Below are positions 45,422-52,534 of a stretch of 52,534 nt of DNA, piece after piece; the first letter of the stretch is position 1; each line of letters starts with the position of its first letter. The notes below the pieces were generated by a model. That model did not search any database, was not told where the DNA came from, and was given only the letters and a program-made list of their open reading frames with translations. The position numbers and the translations under genes are program-made. The stretch comes from a virus (Duplodnaviria > Caudoviricetes), in the IMG/VR virus record IMGVR_UViG_3300010362_000021, positions 1 through 52,534 of that record; one strand, written 5' to 3'.

Positions 45422-45700
45422 GTGGCTGACGAATTTCTCGGAGAAGGGTGGACGATCTTGGATGAGATCCGTATCCGCGCGAAAGGACCGGAGCACCTGC
45501 TTGTGACGATTCTGATGTCCGAAGGCGACGCGCTGCTGCTGGCGCACGGACGCGTCTCAGCGCGCGTGCGCGACCAGGCGCGCGAGTGCATCGCGGATTG
45601 CCACACGATGGAACGCCTGCCCGACCACGAACGCGCCCACGTCGATGCGTATCTCGACACGCTCGAACGTCAACGTCAACCGCTCTCTGTGGAGGACTGA
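45422..45700 (+). CDS. Hypothetical protein
   Basis: GGAGAGG before GTG. Confidence 0.55.
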   Translation: MADEFLGEGWTILDEIRIRAKGPEHLLVTILMSEGDALLLAHGRVSARVRDQARECIADCHTMERLPDHERAHVDAYLDTLERQRQPLSVED

Positions 45701-45704
45701 TCCG

Positions 45705-45845
45705 ATGGCTCAACTGAATTTTGTCCTGCTGCTGCTCGCCTTCCTGTGTTTCGTGGCGGCGACATTCGGCATCACGACGCGGGTCAATCTCACGTCAGCA
45801 GGATTGGCGTTCTGGGTGCTGGCCCTGCTTATCGGAGCCCGATGA
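45705..45845 (+). CDS. Small two-TM membrane protein
   Basis: FVLLLLAFLCFVAATFGI..VNLTSAGLAFWVLALLI; GGAGG RBS. Confidence 0.7.
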   Translation: MAQLNFVLLLLAFLCFVAATFGITTRVNLTSAGLAFWVLALLIGAR

Positions 45846-46105
45846 CGGAGTTCGTGCTGACGTTCGGTCAGCCGGTGACGCCTGCGATGCGACGGCGCGC
45901 CCGGGCGCATCAGCGGCAGCAATCCATGGTGCTGAAGTACGGCACGGGTCCGCCTGACACGCAGTGTCGCAGCTGCCAGCACCTGATCTGCGGGGGCCGC
46001 ATCCGTTTTTTCAAGTGCGCGCTGTATGGAGACAGCGCCAGCGAAGCCACCGACTGGCGGAAGAAATGGCCCGCCTGTGGCGCCTATCAACCGAAGGAGG
46101 CGTGA
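45842..46105 (+). CDS. Cys-rich hypothetical protein
   Basis: CRSCQHL..FFKC...TDWRKKWPAC. Confidence 0.68.
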   Translation: MTEFVLTFGQPVTPAMRRRARAHQRQQSMVLKYGTGPPDTQCRSCQHLICGGRIRFFKCALYGDSASEATDWRKKWPACGAYQPKEA

Positions 46106-46311
46106 TGCCGTTATTCGAAGTCGCGATTCTGCAAAAGCCGACGAAGAAGCAAGCCGAGGATGGCGGGATCGAAGTCCTGCTCTATGGACCGAAAGCCGTC
46201 GTCGCTAAAGATGCGCAGGCTGCCGCCATCGGCGCCGTGATGGGCGGCGACCTCCCCAAGGAGGTGGACCTGCAGCGGCTGGATGTGTTGATCCGCCCTT
46301 TCAGCCAATGA
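46105..46311 (+). CDS. Hypothetical protein
   Basis: AAGGAGG RBS; LFEVAILQKPTKK...VLIRPF. Confidence 0.72.
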   Translation: MPLFEVAILQKPTKKQAEDGGIEVLLYGPKAVVAKDAQAAAIGAVMGGDLPKEVDLQRLDVLIRPFSQ

Positions 46312-46477
46312 CGGTGGGGGCCACGGTGCTGCGGACCCCTGCACCGTCGCCGTCAGTGCTGGCCGAACGGACGACGATGTATATCGCGCCGAAAACAGAA
46401 TCGTGGTCGCCGACGACGGTCTCCAGCAACTACACCGCGCAGACCTTCAATGCGGCGAGCCTCACGAGCAGTCGACC

Positions 46478-46669
46478 GTGACCGATGACGACGACCTGCG
46501 CCTCCTGATCTGTGCGCGGTGTCGGTGTCTGACGACGGAACTCGAAGCGGCCCTCCGGAAAGTCCGGACGGGCCGCTGCGCGTATTGCGATGGGGATCTG
46601 TTGCCCTTTCGCTTGGATGACCCCGATGGGGATGACGACGACCCTGAGGCCGATGAAACGCCACCGTGA
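46478..46669 (+). CDS. Small Zn-ribbon protein with acidic tail
   Basis: CARC...CAYC. Confidence 0.45.
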   Translation: MTDDDDLRLLICARCRCLTTELEAALRKVRTGRCAYCDGDLLPFRLDDPDGDDDDPEADETPP

Positions 46670-46850
46670 CCAGCCGCCCAAGTTCACGTGCCCCGATTGC
46701 GGCGGGCAGGGCAGTCGCGTGGTCGATACGCGCGGCATGATTGCGACCGAGGGCGTCTGGCGGCGCCGCGAATGCGAGACCTGCGGCGCCCGCTGGACGA
46801 CGCGGGAACGGCGTGAGGGTCGGCCCCCGACCACGAAACACAAGCTGTAG
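46653..46850 (+). CDS. Stand-alone NrdR-type Zn-ribbon DNA-binding protein (no ATP-cone)
   Basis: CPDCG...SRVVDTR......WRRRECETCGARWTTRE follows the NrdR N-terminal pattern CP.C....S.V.DSR...RRRREC..CG.RFTT.E. Confidence 0.82.
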   Translation: MKRHRDQPPKFTCPDCGGQGSRVVDTRGMIATEGVWRRRECETCGARWTTRERREGRPPTTKHKL

Positions 46851-46881
46851 GGCACCCACCCCGTGCGATCCAGCGCACGCT
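46841..46881 (+). promoter_or_regulatory. Putative late promoter 3: CAAGCTGTAGGG-N23-CACGCT
   Basis: Box overlaps the stop codon of the Zn-ribbon gene; ATG at 46889 is 7 nt after the hexamer. Confidence 0.75.
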
Positions 46882-46888
46882 GTCCCGC

Positions 46889-47350
46889 ATGGCTGACGTC
46901 AAACAGGCATTCGGCACCAGTACCAGCATCACGATCACGCTGAATAGTCTCGCCAGCGGGTCGGCCCGCGAATCCACCGCCATCGACAACACCAGCAATC
47001 TGTTTCTGGATGCGCTGGTCCGCGTGTCGATTGCCGTCGGCACGACCGCCGCGCCGAAAGAAATCCGGATCTACGTGGCGGGGTCGGAAGACGGGACGAC
47101 TTACGAAGACCCCGCGACGGGCACCGACGCCGCCATCACCCTAGAAGACCCGCCCGTGACCAAAATTGCGCGCGTGATTCCGGTGCCGACGTCCTCCAAA
47201 ACCTACGAGGCCCTGTTCACGGTGGCCCAATGTTTCGGCGGGGCCATGCCGCGCAAGTGGAACATCATCATCGACAACCAGAGCGGGGCGGCGCTCTCGG
47301 GCAGCGGCAACAGCGCGACCTACAGCGGCATCTACCAGACGGTCGTGTAA
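46889..47350 (+). CDS. Probable virion structural protein (beta-sandwich-like)
   Basis: Thr/Ser/Ala-rich beta composition; heads an operon with fibre-like genes. Confidence 0.7.
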   Translation: MADVKQAFGTSTSITITLNSLASGSARESTAIDNTSNLFLDALVRVSIAVGTTAAPKEIRIYVAGSEDGTTYEDPATGTDAAITLEDPPVTKIARVIPVPTSSKTYEALFTVAQCFGGAMPRKWNIIIDNQSGAALSGSGNSATYSGIYQTVV

Positions 47351-49402
47351 ATGGCGGCGGCGTTCGTCCAAGCCCTGTTGTCGGGCGCTGATAAAACGAG
47401 CAGTACCTCGTTCACGATTAGTGGCTCGAAGACCGTCACGGTCGGGAATGATATTTTCGTGTCGTTCGTCTGCGTCAACAACATCACGGACATCCTCACG
47501 AATTCGACCTGCACGGACAATCTCGGCAATACCTACACCATCGAACACGGCTTCGGTAGTTCAAATGGCTCCGCCTCACTGTATCGCGGCGCCGTGGTCT
47601 ATGGCGGCACACTGACGTCGCACACGATCACCGTGTCAACCACATCGTCGCAGCGCGCGGCGTTCTCTGCAGAATTCAGTGGGGTCGGCACGAAAGGACT
47701 GACAGACGGGCAGAACCAAACGACTACAGGGCTGATCTACATGGGGTCGGCTGTCACGCAGAAAGATATTCCTGCAGGCGGCATCGTCATCGGCGGTGGG
47801 GGGTGGACGCAACCGACACCGAACAATATTACGGCGTCAGCGGCGACTGGGACACCGAGCGTGACACCCGTCTTGATCTCGCAAGCCGGGACGAGCGGGC
47901 AGTCCGCAGGCAGCAATATCAACGCGTGCATGGGGTACACGCTCGGTCCTGCGGGATCGACGAGCACATCAGTCTTTTGCGGCGCGACATCACCGTCGAC
48001 AGCATCGGTGCACGCAGCTGGCGCGATTTATAGTCCGGCCCCTGCGGCGCCGAGTGGCACGAAGCTGTTTTTCAGAAACTCGCAGAACCATAAAGCCTAT
48101 TTTCCGAGTGGACGCTACATCTACGATTTGGCGACGACCGCGGGCAGCAGTCTCGTCGCCGCCTCGGTCAGTACCGCAGCCAGCGGCACGGACATTCAAT
48201 GGCAACTGGCGGTCGCGGATAACGCCATCTGGTTTGTGTCGCCGCCCCTCGCGGCAGGATTCACGCTCGCGACGACCGACACGATAGCCTTCAATCTGTG
48301 GGGGCTCGAAAGTAACGCCAGCGCGAACAGTGGGCTGCGGGTCCATATTCATCGCGTCCAACGGTGGGCCAACGCCGCACCGGAGTTTGGCAACAGTCCG
48401 TTTGATCGAGGCGTCGAACTGAGCACGACCATCAATCGCTTTAACTGGACCGGGAACGTCTCCTCCAACATCCCGTTTGATGAAACGGATCGGATCGGCA
48501 TCGGCGTCTATCTCACCGCGGCAGGCGGCACGATGGCGAGCGGGTTTACGGCCACGTTTGATTTCAATGGCGGGACGAGTGGGGCGGACGGGGATAGCTG
48601 GATCCAGTTCACGAACACCGTGACGTTCGCCACCACGGAAGATGCCCCGTACGACATCCTGCAACGGTTCGGGCCGTTTCCCTCCACAGGCTTCGGCGGG
48701 ATCAAGGGTCATCCCCTGTGCCCCGATTATGCCTGGTTCGCTGAGAGCGGCACGATGACTCGACACACGTCGAAAGTGATTGATCGCATCAAGGGACGCC
48801 ACGGCTTTTATCACAACGGCGCACCGGGGCAGCTGGGCGATGGCGGTGATTCGCGCACGATTCAGAAGACCGGCATGGGCGTGCGCTTCAGGAGTTCAAA
48901 CGATGGCGTCGTGCTCGGGTATCAAGATGAATTGTTCGGCACCGGCAATTGGCGAGGCATCACGATTGTGTTAGCGGCGCGTCGATGCTCGCCCAACAAT
49001 TCACCGCAGACCGGCGCGTGGGTCCTGTCAGTGCCGAATGCTGGGGCGTCGGGCATGATTGCGGTGTACGTGCACAACGGTGTGCAACTCAACTTCACGT
49101 TCGGACAAAATTCTGTCGATTTTCTCGATTACACGAGCACGGCGAGTGAACTCGCGGCCGATAATATTTGGGCGTTCACTGGCGGGACGCGTGGATTAGA
49201 GACGTGGTTGAACGGACGCAAAGTTGCGTCGAATGCCGCAAAGACGACCGTCGTCTCATCGAACAATCATTACAAGATTTCATTCGGCAGCAATGACGCG
49301 CAGGACGGTACATCCGATGACGTGATCGTGGGATTCGGCTACATCTATCGCGCCCAACTGCCCCCCGCCGCGATTCAACAAATCTCGCGCGTGCCGTACT
49401 AG
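47351..49402 (+). CDS. Multi-domain fibre/receptor-binding-like protein with possible C-terminal LamG/ConA-like domain
   Basis: 683 aa, Gly/Ser/Thr-rich; LETWLNG, IYRAQLP..AIQQI..PY ending; visibly more A/T than its neighbours. Confidence 0.65.
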   Translation: MAAAFVQALLSGADKTSSTSFTISGSKTVTVGNDIFVSFVCVNNITDILTNSTCTDNLGNTYTIEHGFGSSNGSASLYRGAVVYGGTLTSHTITVSTTSSQRAAFSAEFSGVGTKGLTDGQNQTTTGLIYMGSAVTQKDIPAGGIVIGGGGWTQPTPNNITASAATGTPSVTPVLISQAGTSGQSAGSNINACMGYTLGPAGSTSTSVFCGATSPSTASVHAAGAIYSPAPAAPSGTKLFFRNSQNHKAYFPSGRYIYDLATTAGSSLVAASVSTAASGTDIQWQLAVADNAIWFVSPPLAAGFTLATTDTIAFNLWGLESNASANSGLRVHIHRVQRWANAAPEFGNSPFDRGVELSTTINRFNWTGNVSSNIPFDETDRIGIGVYLTAAGGTMASGFTATFDFNGGTSGADGDSWIQFTNTVTFATTEDAPYDILQRFGPFPSTGFGGIKGHPLCPDYAWFAESGTMTRHTSKVIDRIKGRHGFYHNGAPGQLGDGGDSRTIQKTGMGVRFRSSNDGVVLGYQDELFGTGNWRGITIVLAARRCSPNNSPQTGAWVLSVPNAGASGMIAVYVHNGVQLNFTFGQNSVDFLDYTSTASELAADNIWAFTGGTRGLETWLNGRKVASNAAKTTVVSSNNHYKISFGSNDAQDGTSDDVIVGFGYIYRAQLPPAAIQQISRVPY

Positions 49403-49411
49403 CCGAGCACC

Positions 49412-50941
49412 ATGAATCGCAATCGCGGGCCATTTCAATATTCGCGATTCACGTATCGCTATCCGAAGCAGCCGCTGCGCCTGAGTGGCGTCCAATCCAC
49501 CACTGCCGTCGGCACGCTCACGCCGAGTACTGCCAAAGCCCTGACCAACACGTCGGTTGTCGCGACGGGGAGTGTCGGCAGTGTCGCGAAGGCCACCGAT
49601 AAGGCCCTGTCGGGCGTCGTCAGTACCGGCGCCGTCGGATCCCTCACCGCCACCGCGCCCGCGATCACCGTCGGCCTCACGGGCGTCTTCGCCACGGGCG
49701 CGGTCAACGCCCCCGCCTCGGTGGCCAAGGCGCTGACCGGCGTGCAAGGCACGGGCGCGGTCGGCGACCTCCTTGAGGCGCCCGCGATTCCGCTGACCAC
49801 GAATGCCAGCACCACCGCGGTCGGCAACGTCACCGCGGTCAGTGACCGCTCCGTCGCGCTGACGGGCGTGAGCACCACGATGGCGGTGGGGAGCGTCACC
49901 GCAGTCTCGGCGCCCGCCCTCAGCGGCGTCGTCACGACGGGCGTCGTCGGTTCAGTGACCAACACGCAGTCGCTCGCCCTCAGTGGCGTCGTCACCACCA
50001 CCGCCGTCAATACCGTCGGCCCGAATACGGACAAAGCGATCACGGGCGTCAGCAGCACCGCCGCCGTCGGCACGGTCGGCACGCTGCAAACGATCACCGC
50101 GGCGCTGACGGGCGTGACTCTGACGGGCAGCGTCGGCAATGTCGGTGCGAGCACGCCTGCGCAAGCGGCGCTGACGGGCGTCACCGCGACCGGCAGTGTC
50201 GGCACGCTCAGTCCACCCGTCCAGGCGGCGCTGACCGGCGTCAGCAGCACCACGAACGTCGGGACCCTGATCGACAGCATCGTGATCCCGCTCGTCGGCG
50301 TGTCGAGCACGACGGCGGTCGGCAATATCACCGAGACCAATACCGTCGGCCTGACCACGGTCAGCACGACGATGGCCCTCGGCACGGTGGGGCCGCAGGA
50401 ATCCATCTTCGACCTGACGGGCGTGATCGGGACGACGGCCGTCGGCACGGTCGGACCCAGCGCGCCCGCGCAGGCCGCACTGACGGGCGTCAGCACCGTC
50501 ACCGCCGTCGGCACCCTCGGCGTGATCGGTGGCGGGCTCGCTCTCAACGGCGCCGCCGTGCTCGCCACCGGGAGCGTGGGCACCCTCGGCACTCCGGTCA
50601 GTGCGCCGCGCCTCACGGGCGTCACCAGCACCCCCGCGGTCGGCAGCGTGTCCCCGAGTACGTCCGTCACCGTGCAGCTGACCGGCGTGAGCAGTACGGT
50701 GCTCGTCGGGACCATCAGCAGCACCGTTCCCGCGATGCTGACCGGCGTCACCAGCAGCGGCAATACCGGCATCCTCGCGGGCGGGACCGGACGCGTCGTC
50801 CAGCTGACGGGCGTGCAAACCGTCGGGCAGGTCGGCTCGTTCGGCTTGACGCTCGCCGTCGCGCAAGCCTTCATCGTCGTCCCCGCCTCGCCATACGCCA
50901 TCCTCGTCCCCGCCGAACCCGTCGTCGTCGTGGAAACGTAA
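49412..50941 (+). CDS. Repeat fibre-like protein (LTGV-x-x-T-x-x-VG-x-V/L units)
   Basis: More than 20 units of about 20 aa, very T/V/G/A/S-rich. Confidence 0.8.
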   Translation: MNRNRGPFQYSRFTYRYPKQPLRLSGVQSTTAVGTLTPSTAKALTNTSVVATGSVGSVAKATDKALSGVVSTGAVGSLTATAPAITVGLTGVFATGAVNAPASVAKALTGVQGTGAVGDLLEAPAIPLTTNASTTAVGNVTAVSDRSVALTGVSTTMAVGSVTAVSAPALSGVVTTGVVGSVTNTQSLALSGVVTTTAVNTVGPNTDKAITGVSSTAAVGTVGTLQTITAALTGVTLTGSVGNVGASTPAQAALTGVTATGSVGTLSPPVQAALTGVSSTTNVGTLIDSIVIPLVGVSSTTAVGNITETNTVGLTTVSTTMALGTVGPQESIFDLTGVIGTTAVGTVGPSAPAQAALTGVSTVTAVGTLGVIGGGLALNGAAVLATGSVGTLGTPVSAPRLTGVTSTPAVGSVSPSTSVTVQLTGVSSTVLVGTISSTVPAMLTGVTSSGNTGILAGGTGRVVQLTGVQTVGQVGSFGLTLAVAQAFIVVPASPYAILVPAEPVVVVET

Positions 50942-50952
50942 CGGACGCACCC

Positions 50953-50993
50953 CAAGCTGTAGGGGATAGTCGAGGCAGCCCCTCAGGCACACT
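50953..50993 (+). promoter_or_regulatory. Putative late promoter 4: CAAGCTGTAGGG-N23-CACACT
   Basis: Same 12-mer and spacing; ATG at 51001 is 7 nt after the hexamer. Confidence 0.75.
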
Positions 50994-51000
50994 CCACCAG

Positions 51001-51327
51001 ATGCTGTCGATCCGCACGGGCGGGCTCCTCGTCAAAGGCCCCGCGGAATCGGAAGTCTACGAGATGGATTGGGGCTCGGAACATCTCGCCCCGGTCGTGA
51101 CGATTGCCGCCTCGTTCTGGACGCTGACGCTCCTGAACGGCGAGGCCTCGGATCCGATGATGACCTTCGACTACACCTCCATCGTGGAAGGCGGTCGGCA
51201 TACCCAGCTGCGCTGTGTCGGTGGCGTGAACGGCCAGCTGTATGACGTCAGCAACACCATCACGACGACCGAAACCCCGCCGCGCATCAAAGACCGTTCG
51301 TTTTTTCTGTCCATCGAGGACCGATGA
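51001..51327 (+). CDS. Probable fibre-adaptor structural protein
   Basis: K.P.E..VY.MDW, GG..GQLY.VSNTITT, R..DRSF. Confidence 0.65.
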   Translation: MLSIRTGGLLVKGPAESEVYEMDWGSEHLAPVVTIAASFWTLTLLNGEASDPMMTFDYTSIVEGGRHTQLRCVGGVNGQLYDVSNTITTTETPPRIKDRSFFLSIEDR

Positions 51328-51460
51328 CGTTTTGGAATGTCTCACGGCGCAATCACTTATCCCTGACACGCATCGTCAGCGATGACCCCCCGTTCGTTCC
51401 TGTTGGTTGGTGGCTGAGCGGTCGGATTGCTGGCCGCTACGTGTCGCAGTTCTTTCCTGT

Positions 51461-51658
51461 ATGGCTGTGATTCGCACGACGCGCGGCGACCTGGACGAGC
51501 GGGATCTGTCTCGCACGCTCGGCTTCGAAGACCGACCGGAGGAGTTTGTCGTGTGGGTCGAATGGCGCACCGCCGATGGCGAACTCGTGCGGCGCGATGC
51601 CCACCTGATTTTGAAATACCCGACGCTCGTGGCCGATGCGATAGCTGGAGGAATGTAA
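51461..51658 (+). CDS. Small hypothetical protein
   Basis: I.TTRGDLDE..L...VE...DGELVRRDAHLILK; abuts the next gene. Confidence 0.65.
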   Translation: MAVIRTTRGDLDERDLSRTLGFEDRPEEFVVWVEWRTADGELVRRDAHLILKYPTLVADAIAGGM

Positions 51659-52114
51659 ATGGCGAACACGCAAGCAATGTGCACGAGTTTCAAAACGGAA
51701 CTCCTGAACGGACTGCACGCCCTCGGCACGACCGTCACCCGAGGCGCGACCACCGCCGACAACTTAAAGGCCGCGCTGTACCTTGCGACCGCGACCGTCA
51801 ATGCGGCGACCACCGCCTACAGCGCGACCAACGAAGTGAGCGGCTCGGGCTACACCGCGGGCGGCATCGCCGTCACCAATGCCACGGGTCCGTCATCGAC
51901 CGGCACCACGGCGTTCTGGACGCCCTCGGCGAGTCTCGTCTATTCCAGCGTCACGCTTGCCACCGCGTTCGATTGCGTCCTCATCTACAACAGCAGCCAG
52001 TCGAACAAAGCGATCAGCGTGCACACCTTCGGGTCCCAGACCATCACCGCTGGCAACTTCACGTTGACGATGCCGACCAACGATGCCAGCAACGCCTTGA
52101 TCCGTCTGGCCTGA
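51659..52114 (+). CDS. Probable virion structural (fibre-base-like) protein
   Basis: AMCTSFKTELL.G.H, KAALY, TTAYSATNEVSGSGYTAGG, LIYN, FG; GGAGG RBS. Confidence 0.72.
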   Translation: MANTQAMCTSFKTELLNGLHALGTTVTRGATTADNLKAALYLATATVNAATTAYSATNEVSGSGYTAGGIAVTNATGPSSTGTTAFWTPSASLVYSSVTLATAFDCVLIYNSSQSNKAISVHTFGSQTITAGNFTLTMPTNDASNALIRLA

Positions 52115-52122
52115 GGTTGTGA

Positions 52123-52437
52123 ATGCTGCGCTACTGTGCCGAACCCACGTGCGGTGTCTTGGTGCACCGCGGTCGCTGTGCGTTTCATGCACGCCAGCTG
52201 GAACGCCAACGGCCCAACGTCACCGTGCGCCAGTGGTACTACACCGCCCGCTGGCGGGCCCTGCGCCAGCAGGTGCTCCACGACACCCCGGTGTGCAACG
52301 ACTGCGGGCTCCACGCCAGCCGGGACGTCGACCACATCATCCCGCACCGGGGCGACCCCGTGCTGTTCTGGGACGCCGGGAACCTGCAGGCCCTGTGCGC
52401 CCGCTGTCACAGTCACAAGACCGGCATCGGTCAGTAG
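52123..52437 (+). CDS. Terminase-associated HNH endonuclease (HK97 gp74-like)
   Basis: CNDC...VDHIIPHRGD..LFWD..NLQALCARCHS.KT. Confidence 0.92.
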   Translation: MLRYCAEPTCGVLVHRGRCAFHARQLERQRPNVTVRQWYYTARWRALRQQVLHDTPVCNDCGLHASRDVDHIIPHRGDPVLFWDAGNLQALCARCHSHKTGIGQ

Positions 52438-52534
52438 CCCGGAGGGTCGCGCGTGACACGCGAGGGCCGACACACCGCCCGCTCCACCCCGTCACGCGCG
52501 ACGCCCGCGCAGCCCGCGCACGCCCGCTGGGGTA

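Larger units (their letters stand above)
1..52534. mobile_element. Temperate siphovirus (HK97/lambda-like) genome, apparently complete
   Basis: Terminase, portal, protease, capsid, neck, tail tube, TAC, tape measure, integrase, repressor/Cro, RecT and HNH are all present; no host housekeeping genes seen; HNH at the right end would precede methylase/terS at the left end if circularised. Confidence 0.93.

Noticed and set aside
46653-46850. Calling this gene a true nrdR
   Set aside because: Only 65 aa, with no ATP-cone, and no ribonucleotide reductase gene in the window
49400-49402. Genome-wide amber (TAG) recoding
   Set aside because: TAG ends several clearly complete genes (1248, 12685, 13104, 52437) and no suppressor tRNA was seen
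51417-51438. Hairpin AGCGGTCGG-ATTG-CTGGCCGCT as an ncRNA or terminator
   Set aside because: A single GC-rich stem with G-U pairs and no adjacent U-tract is not enough support

Overview
The window looks like an essentially complete genome (about 52.5 kb, high GC) of a temperate HK97/lambda-like siphovirus, opened between the HNH endonuclease (52123-52437) and a ParB-DNA methyltransferase/terminase block (10-3502). The + strand carries packaging, head, neck, two glycosyltransferases and the tail (to about 24.9 kb). A long - strand accessory operon follows, with a divergent tyrosine integrase and a probable attP (25-37.5 kb). Next come a repressor/Cro switch, a + strand recombination, replication and methylation operon (37.7-46.9 kb), and a second fibre-like structural module (46.9-52.1 kb). 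The strongest candidate for an undescribed system is a tail protein ending in about 40 His-x-Asp motifs. It is translationally coupled to a radical SAM/SPASM enzyme that carries its own HxD tail, followed by a Cys-motif/methyltransferase fusion, which suggests RiPP-like maturation of a virion protein. The second is four copies of an NrdR-box-like motif, each exactly 23 bp upstream of a CAnnnT -10 hexamer in front of late genes, alongside a stand-alone NrdR-type Zn-ribbon gene: a candidate late-activator circuit. The third is a C5-methyltransferase split over two overprinted frames. All family assignments come from reading motifs by eye; no database search was run.
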